Below, one piece after another: positions 1 through 9,102 of a stretch of 64,000 nt of DNA (position 1 is the stretch's first letter; each line of letters begins with the position of its first letter). Source of the stretch: a virus (Duplodnaviria; Caudoviricetes); IMG/VR virus record IMGVR_UViG_2645727757_000001, positions 96,001 to 160,000 of that record; one strand, given 5' to 3'. A program made the position numbers and the translations under genes. Under the pieces are notes generated by a model that did no database searches, had not been told where the DNA came from, and was given only the letters and a program-made list of their open reading frames with translations.

Positions 1-288
1 TAAAATTATGCTACTTGCATTATTTAATATTGCTCTTTTAAAAATCTCTCTAGGTGAAACTAATGAACTATTTATAGTTCCACGGGAAACTTCAAACAGA
101 CCAGTTACAACATTTTGAGTGTTTAGTGTAGCTAACACAAGAACTTCTTCTGTTTGTTTTTCTAAATTTAATACACCACTTAATACTTTTACAATATCAT
201 TTGGTGAAGAGATTTTATTTTCAATCTCATATTTAGCACTAGTTTCTTTAACTAATTGTAATGAATATTTTCTAAAGATGTGTTTCAT
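1..288 (-). CDS. radC: RadC/JAB-domain protein (runs off window edge)
   Basis: Hand translation from ATG at 288: MKHIFRKYSLQLVKE...ISSPNDI...EEVLVLATLNTQNVVTGLFEVSRGTINSSLVSPREIFKRAILNNASSIIL, typical RadC pattern; RBS upstream. Confidence 0.85.
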   Translation of the reverse strand, partial: MKHIFRKYSLQLVKETSAKYEIENKISSPNDIVKVLSGVLNLEKQTEEVLVLATLNTQNVVTGLFEVSRGTINSSLVSPREIFKRAILNNASSIIL

Positions 289-357
289 TATAAATTCCTC
301 CTAAGTTTATAAATTTAAAAAATAAGAGGAAACTAATTCATAGCTTCCTCTGTTGTG

Positions 358-693
358 TTATTCTTGTATGTCAACTGATTCATAATTTAAATAATCATCA
401 GTTTTAAATTCATTTATCTTTATACAAGCACGATCTCCATTATCTTTATCGAAAACATAAAAACAAAGTTCATTATCCTCAATAGAAAGTGTGCTATCTT
501 CTTGCTCTTTATTGGCATATTGCTTTATATAATTCTCATCTATTTCAAATGTATTAATATATGATTTTCTTAGTTCTTTAAGCTTTTTTATTGCAAGTTC
601 TTTATCAGCAGTAACTAAAACAATATTAGCATTATATTCAAATACATTATTCATAAATAAAGAATCTTCTGTTACTATATAAATCTTATTCAT
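358..693 (-). CDS. hypothetical protein
   Basis: 111-aa ORF with GGGAG RBS, followed by terminator-like hairpin at ~325-350. Confidence 0.7.
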   Translation of the reverse strand: MNKIYIVTEDSLFMNNVFEYNANIVLVTADKELAIKKLKELRKSYINTFEIDENYIKQYANKEQEDSTLSIEDNELCFYVFDKDNGDRACIKINEFKTDDYLNYESVDIQE

Positions 694-708
694 TATTTTT
701 AGCTCCCT

Positions 709-988
709 TTAATATTCTTCTGGCAATAATATTGTTGTGTAGCTCCTATCCCATTCTGTAATAACCCATAAAGTATAATCTTTTATGTGATATACGGACA
801 TAACTCTATCTTCAATATTATTTTTTTATATTATTATTTTGAAGTTCTTTATCTTCCTCTGATAAATCTCCAAAATCATAATTACTATGCCTATGAAGAA
901 TATTATTTAAATCTTTCATAGATACTACTTTTTCTTCTATGAGATTTTTAATACCTATAGTAGCAATTACTTTTCCTAAAGTAAGCAT
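709..988 (-). pseudogene. frameshifted small conserved plasmid/phage protein (GD[WF]GDL..ED ... WIITEWDRSYTTILLPEEY family)
   Basis: ATG at 988 with RBS reads MLTLGKVIATIG...DFGDLSEEDKE and stops at 818-820 right after an A7 run; the conserved C-terminus RVMSVY...LWVITEWDRSYTTILLPEEY* continues in the shifted frame to 709. Confidence 0.75.
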
Positions 989-1012
989 ACATTACCACCT
1001 CTTGTTTATAGA

Positions 1013-1471
1013 TTATTTATGATAATCAAAAATACTTCCTATATAATGTTTTTCACCGTCTAATACATTATCTCTTATATAAGTATCTAAAGTATCATAT
1101 TCTCCAGAACTATATAAAACATAATAATCATTTGATTTACTAATAATATCTACTAGTCTATTCATAGGAAGAGAAACACAGAATGCTTCAAAATCAATGG
1201 ATTTATAAAATTTTACAAAGTTATCATATGACTTTTTAAAGTAACTTTTTTTAAATCCTTTTTCAAATGTTATTGATTTTTCTGACTTGTCATAAATTAT
1301 TCCATGAGGCTCTAACATGTTTATTAATTCAGAAATACTTTCTTTTATATTGTCATCATCTTTAACATAGTCAGATACTTCATCTACAAAGTATTCTTGT
1401 GCTGTTTCTATGTCTATTAAAGAATCCTCATTTATTTTTTGTGTGTCTATTTGAAAAATTCTAGAGTGCAT
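1013..1471 (-). CDS. hypothetical protein (MHSRIFQ...DYH type, common in Firmicute mobile elements)
   Basis: 152-aa ORF with RBS. Confidence 0.7.
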   Translation of the reverse strand: MHSRIFQIDTQKINEDSLIDIETAQEYFVDEVSDYVKDDDNIKESISELINMLEPHGIIYDKSEKSITFEKGFKKSYFKKSYDNFVKFYKSIDFEAFCVSLPMNRLVDIISKSNDYYVLYSSGEYDTLDTYIRDNVLDGEKHYIGSIFDYHK

Positions 1472-1514
1472 TTATATCATCCTTTCAGTTACCGTTTTTA
1501 TTTTCTTTTGTAAT

Positions 1515-1841
1515 CTATTTATCTTCGATTAAACATATAGAAATTACTATATTATGTTCATCAACAATTAAATGTTGAAGATCAACATATTTATAGAAAT
1601 CATCTGATTCAAAATAGCTTTTTATTTTATCTAATATTAAGATAGCATCATCAAAAGACTTGACCTCTATATTTCTATAACAATTTTCCAATTGCGTAAT
1701 ATATTCTCCATCTTCAATTTCTATCATATATTCAAAACCATTTAAGCCATTAAAATCATAATCTATATCATTAAAGAAGTCTTCTAGACCATTTATAAAA
1801 TTATAAATAGGTATTTTATCAATTTTATGTTTATTACACAT
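1515..1841 (-). CDS. hypothetical acidic protein
   Basis: 108-aa ORF, AGGAG RBS. Confidence 0.65.
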   Translation of the reverse strand: MCNKHKIDKIPIYNFINGLEDFFNDIDYDFNGLNGFEYMIEIEDGEYITQLENCYRNIEVKSFDDAILILDKIKSYFESDDFYKYVDLQHLIVDEHNIVISICLIEDK

Positions 1842-1868
1842 AGCAATGCTCCTTTGTTGGTTATTTTT

Positions 1869-2159
1869 TTAAGAATCTTCTTTGTCTAATATTAAAAGAA
1901 TATCTCTTTCATTTAATATTAAATAATCTTTATTCTTAGTCTTTATTGGTGTACCTGCAAAATTGGTAAATACAACAGTATCTCCAACTTTAACTCTCAT
2001 AGGTATCTTTGTACCATTATCAGAAATTGCACCATCACCTACACAAGCAACTATTCCCTTATTAGTTTGTTTATCTTCTCTTCCTGGAATAATAACTCCA
2101 CCAATCTTTTCAGCTAATTTAATTTCTTCTACTAGAACTCTAGCTCCTATAACCTTCAT
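1869..2159 (-). CDS. groES: co-chaperonin GroES (Cpn10)
   Basis: RVLVE..GGVIIP..GIVACVGDG..PMRVKVGDTVVF..FAGT..YLILNERDIL, the canonical Cpn10 pattern. Confidence 0.95.
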   Translation of the reverse strand: MKVIGARVLVEEIKLAEKIGGVIIPGREDKQTNKGIVACVGDGAISDNGTKIPMRVKVGDTVVFTNFAGTPIKTKNKDYLILNERDILLILDKEDS

Positions 2160-2233
2160 AATTTTAAATTCCCCTTTCTATTTAATATAACTATATTTTA
2201 CTATATTTTAATAGAATTGGAAATTAAAAGGAA

Positions 2234-2374
2234 CTAAGTTAATATAGATAAAATTAATATAACTAAGAATAAGAATAAAAACATTGAACCAAAGCTTAAT
2301 GTATACCAAAAGCCAAGTTCCTTTTCTCTTCTTTGCTTTTTTTCTTCTTTTTCTCTTCTTTCATCATCATTCAT
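2234..2374 (-). CDS. small membrane protein (46 aa, not in ORF track)
   Basis: AGGAGG RBS; MNDDERREKEEKKQRREKELGFWYTLSFGSMFLFLFLVILILSILT, charged N-terminus plus one TM helix. Confidence 0.6.
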   Translation of the reverse strand: MNDDERREKEEKKQRREKELGFWYTLSFGSMFLFLFLVILILSILT

Positions 2375-2431
2375 TTAAAATATTCCTCCTTTTAATAATT
2401 CCTCCTTTCAATAAATTAATGAACGATAATG

Positions 2432-2758
2432 TTAATGTTCATTAAAATACTTCTCTTCTAATAATGTATTTTTTAAATCCTCTTCTTCATAAGTACTTAT
2501 TCCATTACCGCAATTAAACGTACATATTGGACTATTATCTTTGAAGTTATATAATTCTGAATATATTTTTCCAGAATCATTTATAACTATTGAAGATATA
2601 TTTCGATGTATTCCGTTAGCTGCATCAATACTTATTTCTAAAATAGTATTATTGCCTTTTCTTTTTGATTCTACTTCTATTAGTCCTATATCTGTTATTA
2701 TTGCATCTAGTATGTTTTCTCTAATGTTAATCATCTTATCTTGTTTATGTTCGTCCAT
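2432..2758 (-). CDS. hypothetical protein
   Basis: 108-aa ORF with AGGAGG RBS. Confidence 0.7.
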   Translation of the reverse strand: MDEHKQDKMINIRENILDAIITDIGLIEVESKRKGNNTILEISIDAANGIHRNISSIVINDSGKIYSELYNFKDNSPICTFNCGNGISTYEEEDLKNTLLEEKYFNEH

Positions 2759-3004
2759 GAGCTATTCCTCCTATCGTTAGGCTAAATAGATACATTTATA
2801 TAACAATAAAATATAATATTAAATATTATTATTAAGTCTATATAAAACAAACTCTATAGCTTCAATCGCTTGGTTGTTTATAGTAGTTTAATAACTAATA
2901 TGAAAAGTTATATTAAATTATTTTTATATACCTTTTAGCTAATATGTGTATAGCTTGTTGCTATAAATAGAGTAACCTCTATGTAAAAAGAAGGATACTT
3001 AATA

Positions 3005-3229
3005 TTAAGCATCCTTCGTATCTTTATAATATTTACCAAAACCATTATAGTCATATTCTTCTGGTAAGTTTTCGTAATATTCTCTTACAAATTCTTCTGA
3101 ATATGTTTTTTTCTCTTTTACTTTATTACTTAAAGCATTGGATATTTGTTCTCTCCAATCTTCAATCTGACAGTCAGTAATATTATTTTTTTTGTTTTTA
3201 TTAAATATTTTTCTTAAGTATTTTAACAA
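3005..3229 (-). CDS. hypothetical protein
   Basis: 74-aa ORF, TTG start with AGGAG RBS. Confidence 0.6.
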   Translation of the reverse strand: MLKYLRKIFNKNKKNNITDCQIEDWREQISNALSNKVKEKKTYSEEFVREYYENLPEEYDYNGFGKYYKDTKDA

Positions 3230-3242
3230 TTAATACCATCTC

Positions 3243-3374
3243 CTATATTATACCATTATCTTTTGCTTTCTTTGCGAAATTAACAGTTCCTTTACTTATA
3301 AAATATGATAGCATTACTATTTTAAAACATACTATCGCTTCATAAGAAAAGAACCTTGAAAATAATGCTGTCAT
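3243..3374 (-). CDS. small hydrophobic protein (43 aa, not in ORF track)
   Basis: AGGAGG RBS; MTALFSRFFSYEAIVCFKIVMLSYFISKGTVNFAKKAKDNGII. Confidence 0.55.
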   Translation of the reverse strand: MTALFSRFFSYEAIVCFKIVMLSYFISKGTVNFAKKAKDNGII

Positions 3375-3384
3375 AACTACCCTC

Positions 3385-3507
3385 CTAAATATTTCTTATA
3401 AAAGGCACGAACTCTGCTATTATTGTAAATAATTGTTTACTCATTAAGCATAAAAAGAAAAAGTCAACACCTAATGAAATTAAACCTTGTTTATATTCTT
3501 TTTCCAT
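3385..3507 (-). CDS. small hydrophobic protein (40 aa, not in ORF track)
   Basis: GAGG RBS; MEKEYKQGLISLGVDFFFLCLMSKQLFTIIAEFVPFIRNI. Confidence 0.5.
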   Translation of the reverse strand: MEKEYKQGLISLGVDFFFLCLMSKQLFTIIAEFVPFIRNI

Positions 3508-3540
3508 AATAAAAACCTCGCTACTAATTTTAATTATTTA

Positions 3541-3813
3541 TTATTTTAATATTGCATTCTTTACTGATTCTATTAAGCTGTCAACAACACCTTCTGTAGC
3601 CTTTCCTAAGTCTAATGATTCAAAAGCTCCACCAATATTACCTTTTAATACTAGTAGTGCATCTATAAAGTACATAGCTGTGCAAGAATAACCTGCAAGA
3701 CCTAATATAGATGCTATGCTCTTTTTACCTGCTGTTTCTATAACTTTTTTTGTAACAAAAGTAGTTCCAAACATTAAAACTACTTGTCCAAGTATTTTTC
3801 CTAATTGAGCCAT
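3541..3813 (-). CDS. SpoIIIAC/AD-like two-TM membrane protein
   Basis: TM-E-x-A-G-K-x-x-x-A-x-x-x-x-L-A-G-TM hairpin pattern; paralog of neighbours. Confidence 0.6.
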   Translation of the reverse strand: MAQLGKILGQVVLMFGTTFVTKKVIETAGKKSIASILGLAGYSCTAMYFIDALLVLKGNIGGAFESLDLGKATEGVVDSLIESVKNAILK

Positions 3814-3865
3814 AATATTACCTCCAAAAAAATATAGCTAGTATTTAGCACTAGCTATATTATTA

Positions 3866-4051
3866 TTATAAACTAGAAAGTTTCTTTGCTAATGATGCAA
3901 CAGCAGAAACAGCAGTTCCACCCATTATAGAAATACCTAATACTTCTGTTAATTTAGCTTGACTACCTCTTCCAGAAGCTTCTAATACAACACTAACGAT
4001 TGTAGTTCCAAATCCAACACCTAACATAGTTACTATAGTTCCAATACCCAT
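3866..4051 (-). CDS. SpoIIIAC-like two-TM membrane protein
   Basis: MGIGTIVTMLGVGFGTTIVSVVLEASGRGSQAKLTEVLG resembles SpoIIIAC (GVG....L..VL...G....A....L.G), 61 aa. Confidence 0.75.
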   Translation of the reverse strand: MGIGTIVTMLGVGFGTTIVSVVLEASGRGSQAKLTEVLGISIMGGTAVSAVASLAKKLSSL

Positions 4052-4108
4052 AATTTTATATCCTCCTCAATTTAAAAAGATTATTTTTATTTTAATTTTA
4101 ATATTAAT

Positions 4109-4297
4109 TTAAATAAGTTTCATAAGATTTTCAGCTAACAACAAAACTCCTGTAATTGTAGTACAAGCCATTATTACTATCCCTAATACTTCTGTTAGTT
4201 TTGCTTGATTATATTTGCCTAACGCTTCTAAAACAACACTAACTATTGTAGAGCTTATACCAATTCCAAGCATGGTTATTATAGTTTTTATACCCAT
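4109..4297 (-). CDS. SpoIIIAC-like two-TM membrane protein
   Basis: Close paralog of 3866..4051 (TIVSVVLEA.G...QAKLTEVLGI). Confidence 0.75.
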   Translation of the reverse strand: MGIKTIITMLGIGISSTIVSVVLEALGKYNQAKLTEVLGIVIMACTTITGVLLLAENLMKLI

Positions 4298-4323
4298 ATA
4301 ACTCTCCCTTTAAAGTATGCTTA

Positions 4324-4500
4324 TTAAAGATTTCTTAACAGATGTGCAATACTGATAACGTAAGGAATCGCAACTAAAAATAATAAACCTACACCTATAG
4401 TCTCTGCTACTTTTGCTAAGAATTCCTCATCATATTTTCTTAATATTGTACCAAGATGTGCGATACCTGTACCAGCGGCAATAATTATTATTTTATTCAT
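4324..4500 (-). CDS. SpoIIIAC-like membrane protein (58 aa, not in ORF track)
   Basis: AGGAG RBS; MNKIIIIAAGTGIAHLGTILRKYDEEFLAKVAETIGVGLLFLVAIPYVISIAHLLRNL; AKVAETIG matches AKLTEVLG of neighbours. Confidence 0.65.
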   Translation of the reverse strand: MNKIIIIAAGTGIAHLGTILRKYDEEFLAKVAETIGVGLLFLVAIPYVISIAHLLRNL

Positions 4501-4523
4501 AATTTTGCTCCTTTATTTAATTA

Positions 4524-4709
4524 TTAAAGTTTTATAAGTAGTTTTGTAATTGCACCAATGCTAATAAATGTAGCTACGCCTATCGTAGATAAGCTTGTAA
4601 CTCCTACTAACTTAGACAATGATTTCATATCATGTTGATCTAATGAATTACTAACTTGTGCGAGTATCATACTACTGCCGAGCATAATTATCATAGATTT
4701 TACAATCAT
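4524..4709 (-). CDS. divergent SpoIIIAC-like membrane protein
   Basis: 61 aa, two TM segments, IIMLG...L.....KSLSKL.GV pattern parallels neighbours. Confidence 0.55.
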   Translation of the reverse strand: MIVKSMIIMLGSSMILAQVSNSLDQHDMKSLSKLVGVTSLSTIGVATFISIGAITKLLIKL

Positions 4710-4725
4710 AATTATCCCCCTTTAT

Positions 4726-5109
4726 TTAAATTAAATTTTTTTTAAGTTCTTTTATTGAACCTCCACTTTCTTTCGCAATTTCCATTGATGAACATACCAT
4801 ATTAAAAGCTGTTAAAACTCCTATAGAAACCGCAGCATTATATATGTCCTTCTCTGACATATAAGAAATGTTTTTCTTTAGTTTATCTCTTTTTAAATTA
4901 AGATTATCGGTATTTTTTAAAGACATTATCAATTTGTTTTTATCAATATTAACGTATTGTTCCTTTGAAATGTAAGCATTTAAAAAATCATTAGCTACGT
5001 TATCAATAACAGTACTTGTTACCTCACTAATGATGTCAAACAGTAAAATCTCTGTAGCAGACCTAAAATCTGAATCATTTGCTTCATTTTTTATCAAATC
5101 AAATTCCAT
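4726..5109 (-). CDS. hypothetical protein
   Basis: 127-aa ORF, GGAGG RBS. Confidence 0.65.
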   Translation of the reverse strand: MEFDLIKNEANDSDFRSATEILLFDIISEVTSTVIDNVANDFLNAYISKEQYVNIDKNKLIMSLKNTDNLNLKRDKLKKNISYMSEKDIYNAAVSIGVLTAFNMVCSSMEIAKESGGSIKELKKNLI

Positions 5110-5125
5110 AATAAATTCCTCCGAT

Positions 5126-5431
5126 TCAATTATTTTTATTTCTGAAAGATATTTTACCTTCTTGAACTAACTTGCGGAGATTATTATATTGATCTCCTAT
5201 CTCCTTATATTCTTTCTTTAATGGAGAAGAATTATTCAAGTTATTTTTCATTGAATCATCAGTAAACTTGCTCCTTGCAAGAGAATAGCTATATATTTCT
5301 TCTTTTTTCTTTTTAAACCATAAAAGATTTACTATATATTTAATCCAATTTGGTAGCAAATATATAAATAATTTACCTAATAAATATATAGCTATTAGTT
5401 GAAATATGATAGTTAATATGGAAATGACCAA
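5126..5431 (-). CDS. N-terminally anchored basic membrane protein
   Basis: TTG start, AGGAGGTG RBS, N-terminal TM then basic tail. Confidence 0.65.
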   Translation of the reverse strand: MVISILTIIFQLIAIYLLGKLFIYLLPNWIKYIVNLLWFKKKKEEIYSYSLARSKFTDDSMKNNLNNSSPLKKEYKEIGDQYNNLRKLVQEGKISFRNKNN

Positions 5432-5743
5432 TATATCACCTCCTTGCTTTAGTATTTTTTATGATGGATTTCTTTTGTTGGGTATATTTACGATATACAA
5501 CGACATATCTATATAAGATATATAGATAATATGAAACATTAGTTTATATATAATAAACAATATTATATTAAGAACATATCATATGAATTACTAAACTAAT
5601 CACCTTGCGATAAACGATCAGCCTTCAATTGGCCTAGTCTAGCATACAGCATTAGAAGAGCAAGACACACAACATATCCATAATATATATTATTCATATA
5701 TATAGACAATATTTATACTACTAGATATAAATATTGATATGTA

Positions 5744-5781
5744 TAAAATAAGACCATTAAAAATTTAATGGTCTTATTTTT
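5744..5781. terminator. bidirectional intrinsic terminator-like hairpin
   Basis: aaaataagaccattaaa-a-tttaatggtcttatttt inverted repeat directly after the FtsK stop. Confidence 0.65.
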
Positions 5782-5785
5782 AAAA

Positions 5786-7363
5786 TTAATATCTTCTATA
5801 GGTATCTTTTATTCTATCTACATCTAAATCTATACTTATTTCAGAGTTATCGTTACTCTTTTTACTCTTAGTTTTCTTAGCTTTATCCTTTGATTTACCT
5901 TCAGTGTCTGATACAACTTCAACTTCTTTGTATTCTATTGCATTTATACTTTCTCCAATATCACCGCTATTTTCTTTTTCTATTTCATGGTACATTTCAA
6001 TTATCATTTTATCCATTTCATATTTTATTTTCTCTGCATTAGACTTTTTAGCTCCTGACTTATTATTAGGATCACTCTCATAAGCTTTTAATAAATCTTT
6101 TCTTAATTTTTGTCTTCTTTCAATCATATAATCTGATTTTCCAGGGATAAGATATTTTTGAATATTATTCTTTATATCTTCTGATGTTATCCAAGGTACT
6201 AATCCGTAACTTATGGTACTACCAAATTTATATGCAAATTCTCTTTGTTCTAATCTTAAAGCTAATTCTGGGTCATCAATAGCAACAGAACTTGATACAG
6301 CATTGTTTTGTCTAAAGGAAATAATCACTGTAGACTGGCTTTTGATGAATGGATCTAGGTTATCTTTAGTAGGTCTTTGAAGAGATACAATTAAGAATAC
6401 TCCAAGTGCTGCCCCGTATTGTGCGATACGTCTTATAAGCATATTTACTAAAGATTTATCATTTTTAAGTTCTTTGCTTTCTCCAGTACAAGCTTCATAT
6501 AAGGTTGATGCTTCATCAACAGCAACAATACAAGTTTTAATTTGGTCATTTGGATGTTGCTTATTGTAATCAACATAATTATCTCCTTTAAATGCCTTGT
6601 GCATAGGACGTATTTTCATTGTTCTTTCATTCATTTCACTAGCAATAATAAGTAAAGATTCTTTTATAGATTTAATATTATCTGCATATAAATTACAATG
6701 CGCCAAATCGGCGTATGGTTCTAAATCACTCTTTGAACCTTGAATAAGATTTAATTCAAGTTCTTCTGGAGTATAAAGTGATACTAAGTTTGTTATAATA
6801 CAATCTAACATCTTGGATTTTCCACTTCTGGTACCACCTGTCAATAAAATATGAGGTAATGTAAGCATATCAACAAATATAGGTTGACCAGAATAATCAT
6901 TTCCTAGATATAGGTTCCTAGGATTATTGTCTTTAGCTTTTAAAGGAGCTATAACTCTATATTTTAAATGTTCTTGTGTAGACATTATAAATTCTACTCT
7001 AACCATTCTTGAACGTTTATACCTATTTAATGTAACTAAACATCCTAAGCCATCTTGCAATTTTTCTTTTAACTCAACTAATTGAGTATAAGTTAAACCA
7101 GCAGTAAGGAAACATTCACTTTTATATCCATAGATAGTTTTTTCAGTAAAATTTAATCCATAAGTTTCGTAAAAATCATTTAAAGCACTTGAATTAACCA
7201 TTATTTTCATCCATTGTTCATGTAAATCTAAAATTGCTTTTTTCTCTTCTACACTTTTTAAGTATCTATCTATATATTTATTATTTTTCCTGCTAAATGG
7301 AATTCTTCTTAGCATTTCTGCAAATTTTTCATTATAAAATTTAGAATTTGATTTTTGATGCAT
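5786..7363 (-). CDS. FtsK/SpoIIIE-family ATPase
   Basis: PHILLTGGTRSGKS Walker A, IVAVDE Walker B, GVFLIVSLQRP motif. Confidence 0.9.
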   Translation of the reverse strand: MHQKSNSKFYNEKFAEMLRRIPFSRKNNKYIDRYLKSVEEKKAILDLHEQWMKIMVNSSALNDFYETYGLNFTEKTIYGYKSECFLTAGLTYTQLVELKEKLQDGLGCLVTLNRYKRSRMVRVEFIMSTQEHLKYRVIAPLKAKDNNPRNLYLGNDYSGQPIFVDMLTLPHILLTGGTRSGKSKMLDCIITNLVSLYTPEELELNLIQGSKSDLEPYADLAHCNLYADNIKSIKESLLIIASEMNERTMKIRPMHKAFKGDNYVDYNKQHPNDQIKTCIVAVDEASTLYEACTGESKELKNDKSLVNMLIRRIAQYGAALGVFLIVSLQRPTKDNLDPFIKSQSTVIISFRQNNAVSSSVAIDDPELALRLEQREFAYKFGSTISYGLVPWITSEDIKNNIQKYLIPGKSDYMIERRQKLRKDLLKAYESDPNNKSGAKKSNAEKIKYEMDKMIIEMYHEIEKENSGDIGESINAIEYKEVEVVSDTEGKSKDKAKKTKSKKSNDNSEISIDLDVDRIKDTYRRY

Positions 7364-7583
7364 TATTACTATCCTCCCTGCGCTTTTTAGAAGCTTGTAT
7401 AATTTTTCTACAATCCATAGATTTGTATTCTTTTACTTCTCTTATTTCATTTCCTTGTGCATCGTGTGAAATAACCTCAATTTTTGAAAAACCTTCTGTA
7501 TTTGTACCTTTCATAAGCATACAACCTACAATGCCACAACAAATTGTGCCACCAACCATTATTAATACATCGTTACTAATCAT
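7341..7583 (-). CDS. small single-TM protein overlapping the FtsK start
   Basis: N-terminal hydrophobic Cys/Gly-rich helix, strong RBS. Confidence 0.65.
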   Translation of the reverse strand: MISNDVLIMVGGTICCGIVGCMLMKGTNTEGFSKIEVISHDAQGNEIREVKEYKSMDCRKIIQASKKRREDSNNASKIKF

Positions 7584-7641
7584 AAATTTCCCTCCTTAAA
7601 TAAAAAAAAGTTATGCACTTATCGGTACACAACTTCTTAAT

Positions 7642-8340
7642 TTATAAATATTTATTTATTTCACTAACTATATATGGAGCATAAAAATAAGCCTCAACTA
7701 ATAATATTTTTTTAAAAGTATCATTTAAATCTTTAAAGTTTACTTTATCAAAAATATTAATAACATCTATTTTGGGTAAATTAAAAAATGTATTAAAATC
7801 TAACCCGAAATAGTTCCAATTGGTTAAATTCATAAAATAACCAGATGGAAAAAACAATAAAGGAACAGGCTTAAAATTATCATAATAAAACTTTATATCT
7901 TTATCTTTATAATCTATAGTTTTATTATTTTTATCTCCAATGATAAAAAGAACATAATTTAAAAACTTATCTATATTGTTTATATCATAGTTGATACATT
8001 TATCAACCATATCTTGAAGTACTTTAATTTCACTAGATCCACTAGAAGTTTTTATGTTTTTTATTGAATACTTATGATTTTTAATAGCATCTATCCTGTC
8101 ATTTGTAATTTTATCAAAAGCTATTAATTGCTTAAAAAAGCAACCGTGATAACATAAAGATTTAAATGGTAATTCTTCAAATATGCAATTAACACCAAAC
8201 TTTCTTATATTATCATCATATATATCTAGTATCTTATCTCTAAAATTAACAAATCTAAAGTTATCTTTTCTTTTGACTATATTAATTTTAGATTCCATTA
8301 ATGAATTTAAGTCATCAAAGTTAATCTTTTTATCATCCAT
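7642..8340 (-). CDS. hypothetical protein
   Basis: 232-aa ORF. Confidence 0.65.
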   Translation of the reverse strand: MDDKKINFDDLNSLMESKINIVKRKDNFRFVNFRDKILDIYDDNIRKFGVNCIFEELPFKSLCYHGCFFKQLIAFDKITNDRIDAIKNHKYSIKNIKTSSGSSEIKVLQDMVDKCINYDINNIDKFLNYVLFIIGDKNNKTIDYKDKDIKFYYDNFKPVPLLFFPSGYFMNLTNWNYFGLDFNTFFNLPKIDVINIFDKVNFKDLNDTFKKILLVEAYFYAPYIVSEINKYL

Positions 8341-8536
8341 ACACTATCATTCCCTTACTATTCTGTAATTAAATGGTAATATATATATGTTATTATGTCA
8401 ATTAGACATAGTATGTAAATAAAAGAAAGAAAAAGAGAAGAGATAATAATAAAACAATTAAATATCTCTTATAAACTCTTTTTAATTCTTAAACACTATT
8501 GAGCTAATGATAAAACAAAATTCTCAATAGTAAACC

Positions 8537-9034
8537 CTAAGAAACTTTAGAATCTTTTGCATTAATATTTTTCTTGTCATCTTTGTAATTTAAGTAAGAC
8601 ATATAATTTTCCTTAGCATATTTATAAAAATCAGATATACAACTATTACGATATACACCAGACTTTTTATAAGGCTTTTTTTGGAATTTATTGTTTGTCT
8701 GTTTCTTAGTGTTGTTTACATTAGCTTTTTTAAAATTTACGTTAGTATCTTTAACCTCGTTTTTATTATAATTAGAACTAAAGGTATTACTCATATTATC
8801 ATAATACTCTTGTTGATTCTTCTTATAATGTTTACCTTCTCTAGACTTAGCTACATAATAATTAAACTTATTACTAGCAAACTTATATCCTCTATTTCTT
8901 ATAAAGTTTCTTAAAGGATAAGGTACAAAACTAAGAGCTAAAGATGTCACAATTTTAGCAAGAACTAAAGTAATAACAGCAAATACTAAAACTACTAAGA
9001 TATTTCTAAAAATATTAAATATAAAATCCATCAT
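8537..9034 (-). CDS. N-terminally anchored basic membrane protein
   Basis: N-terminal TM then K/N-rich tail; architecture like 5126..5431. Confidence 0.7.
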   Translation of the reverse strand: MMDFIFNIFRNILVVLVFAVITLVLAKIVTSLALSFVPYPLRNFIRNRGYKFASNKFNYYVAKSREGKHYKKNQQEYYDNMSNTFSSNYNKNEVKDTNVNFKKANVNNTKKQTNNKFQKKPYKKSGVYRNSCISDFYKYAKENYMSYLNYKDDKKNINAKDSKVS

Positions 9035-9102
9035 AAAAATCCCTCCTTATCTTTAGTAGTATGTAAAAAGGATGTATCTGAAATCAAATACATCCATTAA
9101 TA

